A stretch of 56,407 bases of DNA, filler included, from Sphacelaria rigidula (GCA_964200075.2; 2 parts of 2 records of this genome joined end to end with filler, not necessarily neighbours in it), one strand, 5' to 3'. Shown: positions 14,301-28,144, counted from the whole stretch's first letter. The notes: generated from the sequence alone by a model not told the origin. Numbers and translations: made by a program.

Positions 14301-17300
14301 CGCGAGGAATCCACAGTGTACCCAACGCCTATTCGTTGACTTTGTTCAGACGCTCACGAAACATATGATGCACTGGGCGGCCAGTAACCGCGTAGCTGTT
14401 GATACGGTCCTGTGGGAGTGCCGTGTGCTCGGATACGGTGGAGGACGCAGCAACGGGGATAATCGACCTGGAAGCATGGAGAGCCAGGAAGGGGGTCGCG
14501 CGATGGGCACTCCCGCGCGGTTCACTGTCCAGGCCAAGGGACTCTGTGACCGTGCTGCGTCAGTGTTACTCGACGGTGTAGATCGTACGCCATCCTCCTG
14601 GCGCTGCCTCATTAACTACGCACAGCTGGTGTTGAAAAGTAGCATTGCAATCCTCGAGACGGCACTGGCGAAGGAGAAAGAAATCGTGACGCGTGGTTCG
14701 ATGTGTAACGACAGGTGTGGGCCGAAAGCAGCAGAGGAGATGGAGAGGATTGATCACTTGGAGGGTACTCTTGTTGGGGTCCTGCTACCCCCCCTGGTCA
14801 ACGGCCTGCTACCGTTTGCCCACCTGTCGGTGTTTGCGCGGAGGTTCATGGAAGTTGTAACGTCTGTCCTTCGATTGCTTGACGAAGCATGCTGTCGGTG
14901 TCCCGTATCTCGTAAGGCCGACGCCAGTTATGTGGCGGCCAGAAATGGAGGAGTATCGACGCGGGAGCCCCAGGTGACGAGTCGGAGCAGATTGAGGTGA
15001 CGTAGATACCTATGGTTTCGAAATAGACGGTTTGTTGTCATGGACATACTACCGTACTGAATCGAAATCGATATCAACCCATCAGAGGTCGAAATAGATC
15101 ACACCATTTTTGCGTCCGTCGCCGCAGCAAAAGAAAAAGGACATGAAGACCAAGAAATGCCATGACAATTTTCTGTCTTTTCGGGCTTCGATGTGTCACA
15201 AAAAATGTCGCCGTAGATTTGCTTCAAGCGCGGCGAAAACGGGAAACTCGGAGGAGGCAGCAATATCAACATTCACAGCAGTAACGAACGCCAACTTGGT
15301 GCAGAGCCGGATGAATCGGGTGCGAAGGCCGCTAAAGTCTGGACGGAGCATCACAAGCTACCATGGCTCCTTTCCCTCACCAAAACTACGGCCATGTTGG
15401 CGGGTCGATGCGCTGCCACTCTTACAGTGGGGAACTGCGGGATTTCGCCATACCTCGAAAACTATTTCCGGTCGCCCGTATACTCAGTCTGGCTCGAGTC
15501 AGACCTCTTCGCCGGCGGATGTGACCCGACATATGAGAGTCTGTCGCTGGCACCGATTGAAGCCGCCAGTACCAGATTCGCTCACTCGTGCTTTGCGCCT
15601 CAGCGCGTAGACAACGAGCCATCAGTTCCTGGCTTTGAGTCGACGGGTAAAGTAATGCCATCAGCAAATCAGCTTGCCAAGTTTCTGGAGGATATGGTCG
15701 GGGGACATGGCCGCGGAGGCCAGTTTGCCGGCTGGGTACGCGAGGCTTTTGCGCCGTCAGACATTGCATATCAAATGATAAAACGGCAGGCGCATGCGGG
15801 TGCGGACAGGGTGTCGCTCGATAACGCGGAACGCGCTATGTTGGCAGCGATGCTGAAGCACGGGGGCCTTGATGCTGATGCCATGCTCATATCTTCCAAG
15901 CTTGGAGACGTCTGCAAAAATGGTAGCGCTGGTGATGCACGCGGGAGAGCTCTTATCCGCAAGCCTCCGCGGTGGCTCGGTGTTCTCTGGGCCAGCGTGG
16001 CAAAGGTACGAGCGCGATTCGCCGTGTATCGCCACCTCTATATGGTGTCGTGCTAGGATCGTTGATCTGCTGCAATTAATTTAGATAGTTCAAGTGGTAG
16101 AACCTCAGGATTGGCGAAACAGAGAGGGGGCCAAGGCAGGAGAGGGGGCCAAGACAGAGAGAATCGTAGTGTGCTCAAAGCTGTTATCCCACGGTGACAT
16201 GCATACGCTGGAGGATAATTCACGGCGTAAGGATGGAAAGGATGGGTGAAACGGAATAATACCGAACATGTAGTCGAGTACGTGAGGAGTGCGGTGTACA
16301 GTATATATGGTGAGAGGGAAAATGCCGTTTTCGACAGGGTAATGACCCATGGTGTTGTCCAAGCCTGCCATACCTCCGAGGGATATATTGACACCGGCGA
16401 GCAATGGTAGGCCCCAAAGCCTTTGTTTCATACCCTGGAGGATATTTGGTCAGTGATCACGTGACATATAATGCAGCATCATCTTGCCGCACGCTTCGAG
16501 CGTAGCACACTTTCTTCAGATAGATATTCCTGCTGTCAGTCACGCAGAAATATCTGGACTTTTCTCCCCTTGAGGGTTGACATATCTCTCAGTCTAAGCC
16601 CCACCTCTCCCGCTGCGCCCTCGTTTTGGCCTCTCTATAAATGTAGACACTGACAAAAAATCAACATACAGACAGTATGAAGCCTTTTTAGTCAGCTGGG
16701 CTAGCTGCAAGAGTCGCGCAATGCGCATTAAAAAATGATATTTCCCCCGACTCGCCAAACACATCAAGGCGCTTCGCGCTTGGTGATTGCGAGCCTGGTC
16801 TGGCAGAAACCCGGCGCGCTCCGTCCCGGCTGTATAGGGATGCGTGGTGAATGGTCTAACGACTACGGCATACGAGATCATGAGTAACCCCCCCCCCGTC
16901 CCCTCTATGTCTCCTACTAGGAGTAGAAGCGATGCTCCGTCTCGAAAGGGACACGTGGTCAATGGTCAAATGACTTAGGCAAGCAACAAATGAGTACGCC
17001 CCCCGCCCTCTATAGGGTGTAGCGGGGTCTCCAGGTCACTTAAAAAGTCAACCTTCTCACCGGGGTTTGTTAACCATCACGTCAGTTCGATATTTCCAAC
17101 TCACGGTCGACTCGTACCAATCCCTTAAAGTAGTATAAATCCTTGCTCCAAGTCCAGAAATGTACTTCCAACGCGTGGACAGCTATAATTTGCACAAGTC
17201 TGACTACTCCGGCGCCCTGATTGCTGGCATTTAGAGTACCCCCTGCACCCCTCCCCCCGCCGTCAAAGTTGGCTCCTGATTGCGTGTGGTGCCCGAACAG

Positions 17301-20300
17301 AAAGGAGTGCCACCTCTTACTCCGAAGGATATCGAATCTGTATGCAAAAGGTGTTCACCTTACCGGGTTCCGGCGGCTTGTCTCTGCACTTGCACAATAT
17401 TTGTCCGAACAACCAGGTCAAAAGTTTACCCTCTGCAAAAATGTTTTCTAATCGTACGCTGCTCCTTTACTATGGCTTTCTAGTTGGGGTGAGACCTGAT
17501 TATCATGGATCTTGCTCCATATTGCGTACAACCAACATACTTGCACTAGGTGTATCTCAACATACAAAACACAAGCGCGTGTATTCACCCGAGGTGGCAC
17601 GGCAGTAGCGATGATAGCATAATTGACTCAACTGAGCAAAGATAGGCACACCTCCAGCACAGCACAGCAGGACCATGCGCACGTTTAAGTCCTGGCAATG
17701 GCAGTGCGCACCCCAGAAGCCCATCTCTGCTACGTAGGGTGTATGACATTGAACATCTACCAGCTTCTTCGGTGAAACTTTCAAAGCGCTGTTTTTGGAG
17801 CGCCGCCCCGTTCAGTGCGCCTCCCCCCGCCGCTGTCATTCCCGCCTCCGTGCACACCTGAGCAGACGACCAACTGGCTTTGGCAATCGAGGAGCCAATT
17901 AAAATCGGCGGAGGCGGATCAGTCGAAGGTGGACGTTCTCCTTGGCGAGGCCGTCGATTGCTGTATCATACTGCTACTACTGAAACCTGTCGGTCGCGTG
18001 CCTGCCGCACTGGGTGCGAGAGCTGTCAGTCGCACACCTTGCGTTGCTGGACAGGGCGTTCGCCGTCGATGGCACAGAGCGATTGCTGTGGTTCGTGCGA
18101 CTATCAGGTGGAGAAGGGTTGTTTCAGGGTCAAAAGGCATGAATGTTGCCGGAACTGTCGCTCGCTTTGTCCGAGCTGTGCTAGAAATCAGGGTTTACCC
18201 GGAGAAGCTGCAGGAGCCCCGAGATGGAGGCAACGACAGATTTCGACACCATCATGCATCCGTGCCATGCTTGCTGGTTCTTTTCGTTCTGGTACTTGAC
18301 AATTACCAGAGAGCAGCGACTCGCAAGTTTGGCTTCGAGGCATTTCATACGCTGGCCGCTATAGTGCAGACGCCCTCCCTCCTTGCGGATGTACTACTAT
18401 CATTACCGCCTGCGCTGAGGACGCCTGGGCTCGTCGACAGGCACCACCTAACCCATCTATCTGCGGTTAGTGGTTCAGCTACTGGACATGTTACGTCAGC
18501 GTTTCGCACCCTTCAAAACGGACTTCTAGACGTTCTGGGAGATTCATGTCTCGCAGCCGACGGAGGAGTAGTAGCAACCGATCCTTTGAGCGCTGCAAAG
18601 GGCAAGGCGCAAGTGAAGCTATCCGAACAAAGCAAGGAGTGCGGAGCCCTCGATGCGATACTCGTCGACACCCGTACCATTCTTATTTTGCTCGAGACGT
18701 GGGGACTCACGATGCACCCTGAAGACTGGAAGTTCATGGAGAACGCGAGTGTCTTGCGCGTTTTATCTCTCGTCGCTGCTAAGTTCGTAAATCACGATCT
18801 CCCGGAACCCGACGCCAGTGGTGGCATTGACAATGACGGATGTTGCGATGCCTCGGCAGACGTCGGCGTGGCTATAAAGAAAGGCCGTGTATTGCGACCA
18901 CCAGGCGTTGTGTCGGCGCAAGGAAATCGTGCATTCGCGGCATGCCACGCAGCCGCCTGGGTGCTTATCCGTGCATTGACTATTCAACTTCACGAATTAG
19001 AATTGGGGCACTTCCGCGAAAACTCTTGTTGGGAAGATTTATCTTTAGCTACAACTACGGATGTGCTCCACACGGAACTGGAGAAATGCCTGTCGAAGGC
19101 GAAGTCAAAAGTTGGCGAGATAGAAAAGCACGGGTTCCTCCGCGGCCGCCAGCACCGTGACGGAACGCCGTCTCAAAGTCTTCTGGAGTTCGCTTCTCCC
19201 GGGATCGGGGGGCTGTCTGAGTCACCGCCCCATGAACGGACCGTAGGAGGAAACAGAGCGCCTGCGGGAAGTACGTCACACAAACGCCGTTGCCAGGAAC
19301 TGGTACGCAATCCTCGGCGTTTGATGAACATGGAAGATGGCCTCGTGTTTCAGGCCGCGCATGTGCTGAACAACCCAAGAAGCTCGGACTTCTCCATCAC
19401 GTTTTGGTTGCTGCTGGGACAAGATCGAACGGGCCACCATCGAACGGTCCTGGCAAGGGGCCACCGAAGCGAGCGTTGGCCCGTCCTGCTTCTACGCGAT
19501 ACGGACAACCGACTTGAGGTGAGGAGCATGCTCCTTGTGAGCGAGGTGGAAAAGAGGAAGAGTGAAGAGGTGTTTCCCTTCGCATGCCTCGGTACCCATC
19601 ATGTGACGAGAACCCCACAAGGACCAACTGAAATGCTATATCTGTCGTGGAATGATGATTGGGTGTCTGCGACACCATGTGTGTGCTTTCCCCCCTGATA
19701 GTGAAACCGATTTTGCACTCAGCAAAAAAAAGGGAGAAATGCAACACAGTGAACGCCGGAAATATCGTAAAATCATCAATGGATTGCATGGCACAGTGTC
19801 ACAAACGGGCCTATGTACGTTGGGCTGATGATTTGATACGCGACGCCTGTACCGCATGCGTGCACACGTTGAGCACACCCAGACTCGAACCGTGCTAGTG
19901 CGTCGTACTGGTGTTCTACTAACATCCTGTATATTCTCCACGTCATTCCTTGTTGCCCTTAAGGTATGCTTCGGAATCCCCAGCATGGGAAATCTTTGCG
20001 AGCGTCTCACGTCAAAGGACCCGATACCGGTGAACAAATGGACACACGTAGGGCTCATTAGCGAGCACAACAACTTGCGTCTTTATTTCAACGGCGCTCT
20101 TGACTGCCAGCGCACCAGCACGGGTGCGCTAAGGGCCAATCGACATCCTCTTTACATAGGGAAGGTACCAGACGGTGCTGTACGACTCGACGGTGTGAGA
20201 GGTGGAATTGAGGGAAGCATAGCGCACCTTCGGTATTTCACCCGAGCACTGTCGCCTATTCATGTGCGTATTATTTGCGATCAAGGGCCGCCGGAAATAG

Positions 20301-22708
20301 CCAAGGTAGAAGACAGATATTGCTACCAACTTTGCGCTTGCCTCGTGGTTATATGTCGCTCTGAGCAGTGCCAGCGTCACCTGCGGCAACCTTGCTGGTC
20401 GAATCTTCTCGTTCAAGTGTTAATACACGGAACGGTGAGGGTTCAGCTGGCTGTGTGTCGAATATTTCGAGAAATACTCCCAAGTGTGACGCCGCAGACG
20501 ATGGCGACAATCACCTTAGGTAGTGGCGGCTCACTGGCGGCACCGGCCAAGGGTAGAGGGAAGTTCGACGACGAGGGCAGTCTATTGACGGCATTTTCGA
20601 TCTACTTGCTCCGGCTCATCGGTGCGAATTCATGGCATGTTGGGATATTAATCGCTGTGGATAAATCACGACAGGAGCCCGTAGCTGGACCTGAAGACGA
20701 AGAGTGGCGTAATCCAACGGTTGCCCAAGTGCTACAGGGGGAGAAGGTGGCCAGATTTCTTCCAAATACTTTCACCCCAGCGGGCGCGAAGGGCTTGGCA
20801 GTCATGGGCCGCACCGTTGGTGAGGATCGTCTCGGAAGCGGAGTGAGCACGAACGCGGCAAGTTGTCACAAAATGCCACTGCTCAGTCCCGAAACAGCCC
20901 ATGACTTGTGTGCGATTGGGGCGGAACTCGTCGCTTTAGTTCAAACGCTCGCGGGGACTAAACTGTGGGGATTGGCAGTCACATCAGCTCTGAAGCGTGA
21001 ACTTACTTCCGTAATGCAGTATATAGACGGCACAGGCGACTTCTGTTTGCCGGGTCGACTCGAAGATGAAAAGGTCGATTGCGGGTACGCAACCATGGAA
21101 AAGCGTCTGAGTTTCGCTGCGGGAGAGGCAGCTTTGCAAGTGCTCGGAGGGGACGTGGAGTTTCTTCGTGCCGGAGTATGCGCCACGGTTCGCGAAACGG
21201 GCGAACGATGTATCGTGCTGAGGATTGATCAAGCGACCTCGACAATCCACGTGCTGCATCCCGACGATACGTATCGAGGCGGTACATGGGTCCAGCGTTA
21301 CGCTGTCCATGAAGTGGAGTTAAACCGTACCGATGCACTTGCTGAGGGGACAGTGGCAGCTTTTTCTGCCGTCCGTGCTGTTTCTCCTGCCCAGATTCCA
21401 GATATCTCAGGGCAAGAATATATTTCTCGGATAGTCACGGCGCTCTTGTCTTCATCGCCTCTACCGATACCTTCTCATCAGGGCACCGCAAGAGAACCCT
21501 TTGTGATGCAAACAGTGTACCGGGAAATATTGCTCGCCCAGTGCCGATCCCGTGTGGCTAGAATGGTGCTGCGAGCGAGTCGGGATACCAGCTGGGCCAG
21601 CAAAGCGGGGCAAGATCCACGCCTTCTGTCGGAGCTCCAACGGGTTTCGATTCTCCCCGTCACTACTTTCAGTGGCGCGGTAGGCGAGGAGGACCTTGCA
21701 AAAAACGAAACAGTCGCAATGCAACAAAGGCTGCGTCAGATGCTTGGCGCCCCCGGAAGCGGAGAAATTGTGGCTGAAACCATTAAAGGTATGACTGTGA
21801 AGCCTCGAGGTGGTCCATTTCAGAGGGTATCTGATGTTGGTAGCAGTATCCCCAAGAGCATACGAGAACGGAGCGGAGCTAGAGACCTCCATTCTGGAGC
21901 ATCTTTCGACCCGGGATGGGTCATCAGCTTGACCTGTCCTTTTTGTCACGAAGAGCAAAGAACTGTGCCCGGAATCGTGGACCACGTGATGACAAGGCAC
22001 TCCGCGGACATGAGAAGGGTGCCGTGCCCGGTGTGTGTTGCAGAGAAGGGAGACACCACTATGCATGATTTGCCCACCCACCTCGAGTTGGTGCATTTTG
22101 ATGCTGCCTTGCAGGACAGCCAGGCATTCCTGTCATCAATCAGCGGACGGCGGCGAGGGAGCAGTAGGGGGTCGCGGGAAGCACCACCCCCGCCAGACCT
22201 TGTAGAACAGCTTATGGTCATTGGCTTTCCGGAAGACTGGTGCACTATGGCACTGCGGGAAAACAATAACGATGTTGTTAATGCATCTGCGTGGATCGTG
22301 GATAACCTGGATATGCTCAGCAGCTTAAACAGCCTCGAAGTCTCTACTGATCGCGTAGATGAGACAGCCTCGTCGCAACCTCACTTCCGCGACAATAATG
22401 GCAACGCTGGAAGCCACAACCTGCACACCTTTGTCGCCCTAGACGACACTGCTCGAGAAGAGCACATAGGTTTGCGCGGGGATACCCGACCATCGCTGGC
22501 CCAAGAGCAAGCGGGGGAGTTTGACCAAGGATTGCTAGAAGAGAAATTTCAGGATGAAGATGAGCAAAATGATGAAGTTAGGGAAGATGATGGAGGAGAC
22601 GAAGAAGATGATGATGACGATGACGACGGCGATGATGCGAATGACGGAGAAGACGGAGAGGAGTATGACGTGGTACAAGACAACCATCATGATGACGCAT
22701 TTGATAGT

Positions 22709-22740
<32 letters not shown>

Positions 22741-25700
22741 CGATAACGATGACGATGATGACGACGATGATGACGGCGATGGCGATGACGGTGAGGAAGA
22801 GGAAGATGAGGAGGAAGATGGAGCCGAGGACAGTGATGAGACCTTTGGCAACCCCGATGTAGCACATCAATGTCAGGCTATCGTTGGAACTCCGCCTGCT
22901 GACGCTGATGAAGTGCCCGATGAGGAGCAACATGAATTGGAGGGCAACCGGAGCTTTGAGAACACGCCTATCGCCACGAGTCAGAGAGACACCTTTTTCC
23001 CGCATGAAGATTCGATACGTCCGTCCATGACCTCTACGCAGCAAGTCGAAATGCTCCCCCGAAGGATGCAAACCGATGCCATCAACTCCGAAATAGCCGA
23101 GATGGAGCTTGGTCAGCTGATGGAATTTTGGCTTATATCAGAGCTGACGCTAACGACTTTGTATTGTCGAACGGCACTCCTGAATATCTTGCTGAGGTGG
23201 CCTCCAAATTTGCCGATGACAACGGAATCCTTCGGGTCTTCGTTCGGTGTGATGAAACTTCTGTGCGGTATGGTGTTCAAGGGCCAAGACCTACCGATTG
23301 CTCTCCCTGATGGACCGAGTCACAGGTTCATGCTACACCCTCTTCCCAATGGCGCTCGCCCTCCGAAGATGCTGGGAGTTTTCACGCCCCTTCTCGTGCA
23401 CCTCTTGAGCTTCGACAGAGCTAAGAGCTTGTCAAAGACATCGGAGGCACGTCGACGTCGAGAGGAAGATGATACGATACCAAAAAAAACTGGAGAAAAT
23501 AGCCCAACGGAACCCGTTGTGACGAGCGGTATCAATATGGCGTGGAGGGACACACTATCTGGGCGACTCGTGACCGGATGTTTGAACGAGCTCGATGTAG
23601 CGGCAGCGGCCGATTCCTTCGCTGAGTTACCGTGGGTTAGCACAGATCCCATCGAGTCGCAGCGCTTGGGTGACGGCAAACCTAACCTGGAGCTACTACA
23701 GTGGCTGTTCGACTTGCTCTTAGCGGCTGATTGCGCCGATATGTTCATCGAGAGCGTCTTCTCTCGAGTAAGCAACTGTCTCAACAGCCCAAATTCAGCT
23801 GCGAAAGAAATCGCCATGTATGTACTGGCGAGCATCACCACCAGGTGGTGTGAGCACCTGTCGCTCAGTCAAGGAACCACCCTAGAAATTCCCGCAATGG
23901 TGGCTTTGCCCAGTCCTTTGGCGATAGAAGATGCATTCCAGCGACACATAGCCATCTCGCACGTCAGGTCCGCGTTGGTGAAGCGAATCGCGGTGGAACG
24001 ACGCCCTGGCGGTCTATTCTTCACGAGGTATACTCAGACATTAGCTGATTTGTACCTGGCGGTCTGCAATCTACGGCGTCTTCTCATGTGCAGGAGGCAG
24101 CGCCGAAGTGGCTTGGAAGCCGCGGACAAGGATTTAGTCGACTCCACAGAGCTCAGGGCACCGACTATCCTGTACTGCATGGACTCTAGCGTGGCGCTTA
24201 CATGGCTGCCAATTCGTAGGACTGCGTCGACATCGAGCATCATGTACGAAGTACAGATGGCAGCGAGACAACTGGGGGCTACAGACCATTCCGACGCGTT
24301 CCGAGGTGTATACTTGGGTAAACGTCTACGGTGCAGAATAGATGATCTCATGCCCGGCCAGACTTACCGCTTCCGCGTGCGAGGTGTTTTCACCAACAGG
24401 CTAACCACCCAGTGGAGCGCTGTCACCACTGCAGAAACGGAGCAGGGCGTAGGCTTTCGCTTTGATCCTTCCAACTCTGGGCCGTCTATCTTCATCAGCG
24501 CTAACGAAATGTCCGCCAGCTTCGGGAGTAACGAAACGTGGAGCACCATCCTTTGCACTACTCCTTTCATCACGGGCACCAACTACTGGGAGTTGCGCTT
24601 GGATAAATCAACCACGGCCTACCTCTTCATTGGGGTGGCCACCCGCGATGCTGACCTCAAGACGTTTCTGGGCGGTGACGACAAGGGCTGGGGCTTCATT
24701 GGCGATCGGGCGTTGTACCACAAGCGCACGAAGGTCAAGGCCTACGGGGAACGATTCGGACAGGGGGATACCATCGGGGTGACGTTGAACATGGACCGTG
24801 GCACCTTGTCGTTTAAAAAAAATGGGCATGATTTGGGAGTTGCATTCGACGGCCTGATTGGTGAACTCTATCCTGCCGTCGCGTTCTACAACCAGGGACA
24901 GCGCTTATCACTTGTTCAGTCTGCCTTCCGCTGTCCCGGGGCGGGTGTCTCTATTCTCGAATCTCCCTTAAATACAGGGCCTGAGGATCTACTTGAAGTG
25001 TCCGAAGTCATGCTGGCGATGGTACACGGCAACACGATGCCCCGTCAGTGGACGGACACTGTTTGCGCCCGGCACTTGGCTTGGTTAACAGGAAGTACTG
25101 TTCGTCGCATGACTAGCCTCGGGTTCGAACTCCAGTTCGATGTATCTGATACCGCGTGTAAACGTTTTGGCCTCAAGGCCAGGGCGCGGGTCCGCACGCC
25201 ACGCGGAAGTGCTGTAGTAGTGGGAGTGTGCGACGGTGTCTTGTGGTTCCACGTCGACGGAGACGACGGGGCATGGTTTTTCACTGCAAGTGACATCTGG
25301 GAAGGGAGAGCAACCGGTTATTTTACAATGTCTTCGTCAGATATCGTACGGACCGATGGGAGTGACGTCTGGACAAGGCGAGATATTTTACCTGGGGGCA
25401 GGGTGAGTCGTAGTGAGGTTTGCCGCACGCGAAGCGACTCCGCGCTTGCGGGTGGGGGGCTACCTGCTTTGGCTGGCGATTTTCTCGAAGTGAGCAACAA
25501 CGCGAGATGGACCCCGGCCATTGACGGTTGCATAGTCACCGCGTTATGCGACCATGCTGATCGGCAGCAGTCGTCTGTATGGAACTTCAGTCCAGCCGAG
25601 ATAGTGGACTTATTGTCGCCAGTGAGGGCGACATTAAATAGCATGCTTGCTCACCCAGAGAGCGGCAGAGGGACGGAGGCAACATTTGTGCGGGATGATG

Positions 25701-26200
25701 CGCTGCTTTGTCGGGTGTCGATGCTCAAGTTTTTCAATCACCAAATTGTGGGTATCCTTCCATTTGTGGACCTGGCCGAGGGGATACAGGTTTCAGGAAA
25801 AATCCAGTCCCGCACCTTCCGCTGGGGTGCCTCAACAGCGCGACGGGGTCTTGGGGTAGGGGTCGAAAATATGTCGATCAGGGGACTCGGTCCTCTCTTG
25901 GTACGTCTACGACGTAGTGTTTTCTTGGCAACTAAGCAACATACGCTGTCGCAAGCCGTTCGTATCACAACGACGCAGGCAAAGAAGGCAGAAGACGAGT
26001 ACGATTACCCTGAAGACCTGCCGCAGGTGACGATAAATCGCTTAAAGGCCGCTGCTGGCCAGGAGTCCGATGATGCCCAGGTTCGCTTGAGATCTTCCGT
26101 CTTTTACCAACTTTTCCGAGAGCTCCGTTCGGTCGACGCTTCGCTGCTACGTATGGGCTACACACATCCGATGGACGATGGCCAACAAAGAACGTTTAAG
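8341..26200 (+). CDS. Giant HERC-like HECT E3 ubiquitin ligase (RCC1 repeats, LamG, zf-Di19, UBA, FN3, SPRY, N-terminal edge of HECT); 3'-incomplete
   Basis: Phase-consistent GT-AG exons: 8341-9506, 9691-10316, 10615-10760, 11054-11263, 11477-12058, 12304-13776, 14077-14973, 15217-16005, 17866-19518, 19964-26200 (13,779 nt = 4,593 codons; internal boundaries of exons 6-8 less certain). It starts MGASGSK and has repeated RCC1 blades (VYSFGRNDFGQLG, CGQYHT, AGCYHT). It ends ...SVFYQLFRELRSVDASLLR...QRTFK|gtaagt, the segment that in HERC-type ligases leads into V.F.GE...D.GG of the HECT N-lobe. Confidence 0.9.
10195..12345 (+). other. RCC1-like beta-propeller domain (about 7 blades) across exons 2-6
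   Basis: Repeats VWTCGQNSYGELG, VFTAGYNDNGQCG, VVSFGYNYRGQLG, VYSFGRNDFGQLG, VQSCGKNDYGQLG, VLGFGRNDYGQLG, LYVFGRNHHGQLG, each followed by a C/AG..H(T/S)-type motif. Confidence 0.92.
16747..16898 (-). repeat. Dispersed repeat family A (AGCCGGGACGGAGC..GCCGGGTTT..CCAGGCTCGCAATCACCAAGCGCGAAGCG), intronic copy
   Basis: The reverse complement aligns with 26330-26480; both translate fortuitously to ...QARNHQARSA.MC.ASR. Confidence 0.85.
19380..20280 (+). other. Concanavalin A-like / Laminin G3 domain split by the 19519-19963 intron
   Basis: FSITFWL...NKWTHVGL...LRLYFNG...PLYIGK...GIEGSIAHLRYFTRALS matches the LamG_3/pentraxin pattern. Confidence 0.8.
21930..22320 (+). other. Di19-type double C2H2 zinc finger followed by a UBA domain
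   Basis: CPFC...HVMTRH...VPCPVC...LPTHLELVH, then LVEQLMVIGFPEDWCTMALRENNNDVVNASAWIVDN (UBA M/IGF and ALR..NN.V..A..W pattern). Confidence 0.8.
22545..22845 (+). repeat. Coding GAC/GAT/GAG trinucleotide tract encoding a ~100 aa poly-Asp/Glu region
   Basis: Near-pure (GAC/GAT)n run at about 22708-22775, in frame within exon 10. Confidence 0.9.
24155..24925 (+). other. FN3 domain followed by a SPRY/B30.2 domain
   Basis: SVALTW...YEVQM...VYLG...IDDLMPGQTYRFRVRG...WS (FN3), then GTNYWEL...LFIGVA...GWGF...YGERFGQGDTIGVTLNMDRGTLSFKKNG.DLGVAF.GL..ELYPAV (SPRY). Confidence 0.9.
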
Positions 26201-26329
26201 GTAAGTGTTTTGACTCTTAATACATGGTTTGAATCCCAGTGCCCTCGAGTCACTAATCAGACACCTCCCAAGAGGACATCAAACAGAAATATGAACGAAT
26301 GTAACTGTCCTGGGTGTCTAAATCCGACC

Positions 26330-26905
26330 TGGGGGGGAGGGGTACTCATGGTCTTGCATGCTATAGTCATACGACCATTGATCTCGCATACCTACGAAGC
26401 CGGGCCGGAGCACGCCGGGTTTTCGCCGTACCAGGCTCGCAATCACCAAGCCCGAAGCGCCGTCATGTGTTCGGCGAGTCGCATGACGAGTGAGTTGTAT
26501 CCTGCTAAGATTGTTCGGCCCGAAGCGTACTGATCCTCTTGCATTCGGATGATAGCCTTCAATGAGTTGCTTCATTTTCTGGTATCGCCACTTCCAGAGA
26601 TAGCCACGGCTGACACACTGTCTCATATGTGTCTCACCATTCAAACACTACGTACGTAGTATGATGATCTCCTTTGCGCGGAATTGAGGTTCCCCCACCC
26701 CGCACGATATGATGTAGCTCAACCACAATCACCTCATCATGGTTACCGCAAAAAAGAAAACGCAAAAAAAACTGTAACCTGGTTGCCTAGCTTACGCAGA
26801 GAGTGGCGTGTTTTACAGCGTCATTGCAAACCGACGCCAACCCGATGGGGGGGCCGTCCCTATAAACCGGGACGGAGTACGCCGAATTTTTGCCGGACTA
26901 GGCTC
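26330..26905 (+). repeat. Dispersed repeat family A, long copy with the head motif repeated at ~26860
   Basis: Head motif at ~26392 and again at 26860-26905. The body 26478-26855 matches 56040-56407 on the minus strand. Confidence 0.85.
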
Positions 26906-27068
26906 TTGGGGGGGGGGGGGGGGGGGGTGCGTTGGGATACGGGGTTTTTTTGGGGCCGTGGGGTGGGGGGGGGGGGCGCCTGTGGCTGGTTTGGTGGATC
27001 CTTGGTCGCCGCGTTGGGTTTGGTCGGGTGCGTCGGTCTTCTAGGGTGTTGTTGCTGGGTGGGTTGGT

Positions 27069-27102
<34 letters not shown>

Positions 27103-28144
27103 GTGTGTACAACTGGATATTTTCTGCACTGTAGTGTGGAGCTCAGGTCGCCTAGTTGCCGTATATGGTCAAAAACCTACATGAAAACAAAAAGTCTCGC
27201 GAGGCGCACGACTTGTTCAAATCGAGAGGGTCAATTTGTGAATCATGGATGGCATGGAGCGAAGCACTTCGCTTCATGTCATACTCTATATGGGGGCTAA
27301 CCTAGTGTCGTGCAACAGACAGGCTTAGATCTATGAGCTTCATCAACGCTGTCAATATTCTTGGAGCTTCTGTCGTTCTCGCTCCGTACATTACGATCCC
27401 GACTGCTGTCGGAATTACTTCATATAAGCGGATACTATATCATCCATTACACAGTACCGTAAACAGTAGTCATGGGTCCGCAAGGACATTGATAAATGCA
27501 ATATGTTCATGTCACTACATCTGTTCGATCCCGCCTGTCACGGATCGAGGTCATGAACAAGCAAAGGTTCGGACGGTGATTAAAAACGTCCAGCAAACGC
27601 AACGAAGCTCAGATTTAGCGCAGCGGGTCCGACAGTTCTCTCACAATAATTTCGGTTCAACATACGGAGTTGGTTGCAATACTCATAGTTAGTTGGTCTC
27701 TTGACAGGGTTTCGGGTGATCAGTTTCTCAGCGTTCCGCGGTGACTAACACCAAGAGGGTTGTTGCAGTCATGTTGCGCCCGTCTCGGAACAGAACCAGG
27801 TGGCGTGTTTCGCAACCGTTCGCAAGAACGTCGAAACGCCCTCCACCCGTGAACGAGCCGCTCGCTGGCGACTTATTTACCACTACGGGTTCGCCATCCA
27901 GGTTCACTAGTCGAACAACCTTACCCATAATCATCTTAAGCCTCTCAAACACTTTGCCGCGTCCATAACAGTAGATGGTGCTCTATTCCCTGTCCGATAG
28001 GCGCACAGCAGCCTGAAGAAAACGCCTTCTAGTGCCCGGTAGTGCCATCCGTCCAGTTTGGGTTTCAACACGTATGTAGTGGACACGTTAATCGCTTGAT
28101 TTCGGTGTGGGATGTTGATTCCTTCGCTACAGTATGGATCATAT

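Noticed and set aside
22535-23071. Antisense and alternate-frame poly-Val/Ile, poly-His/Arg and poly-Thr/Met ORFs
   Set aside because: Shadows of the coding GAC/GAT tract.
26201-26533. C-terminal ~110 aa of the 2225-aa ORF
   Set aside because: Read-through past the AAG|GTAAGT donor into intron and repeat family A.
26905-27100. Gly-rich ORFs or a G4 cluster
   Set aside because: Long pure G runs near a contig end look like low-quality sequence.
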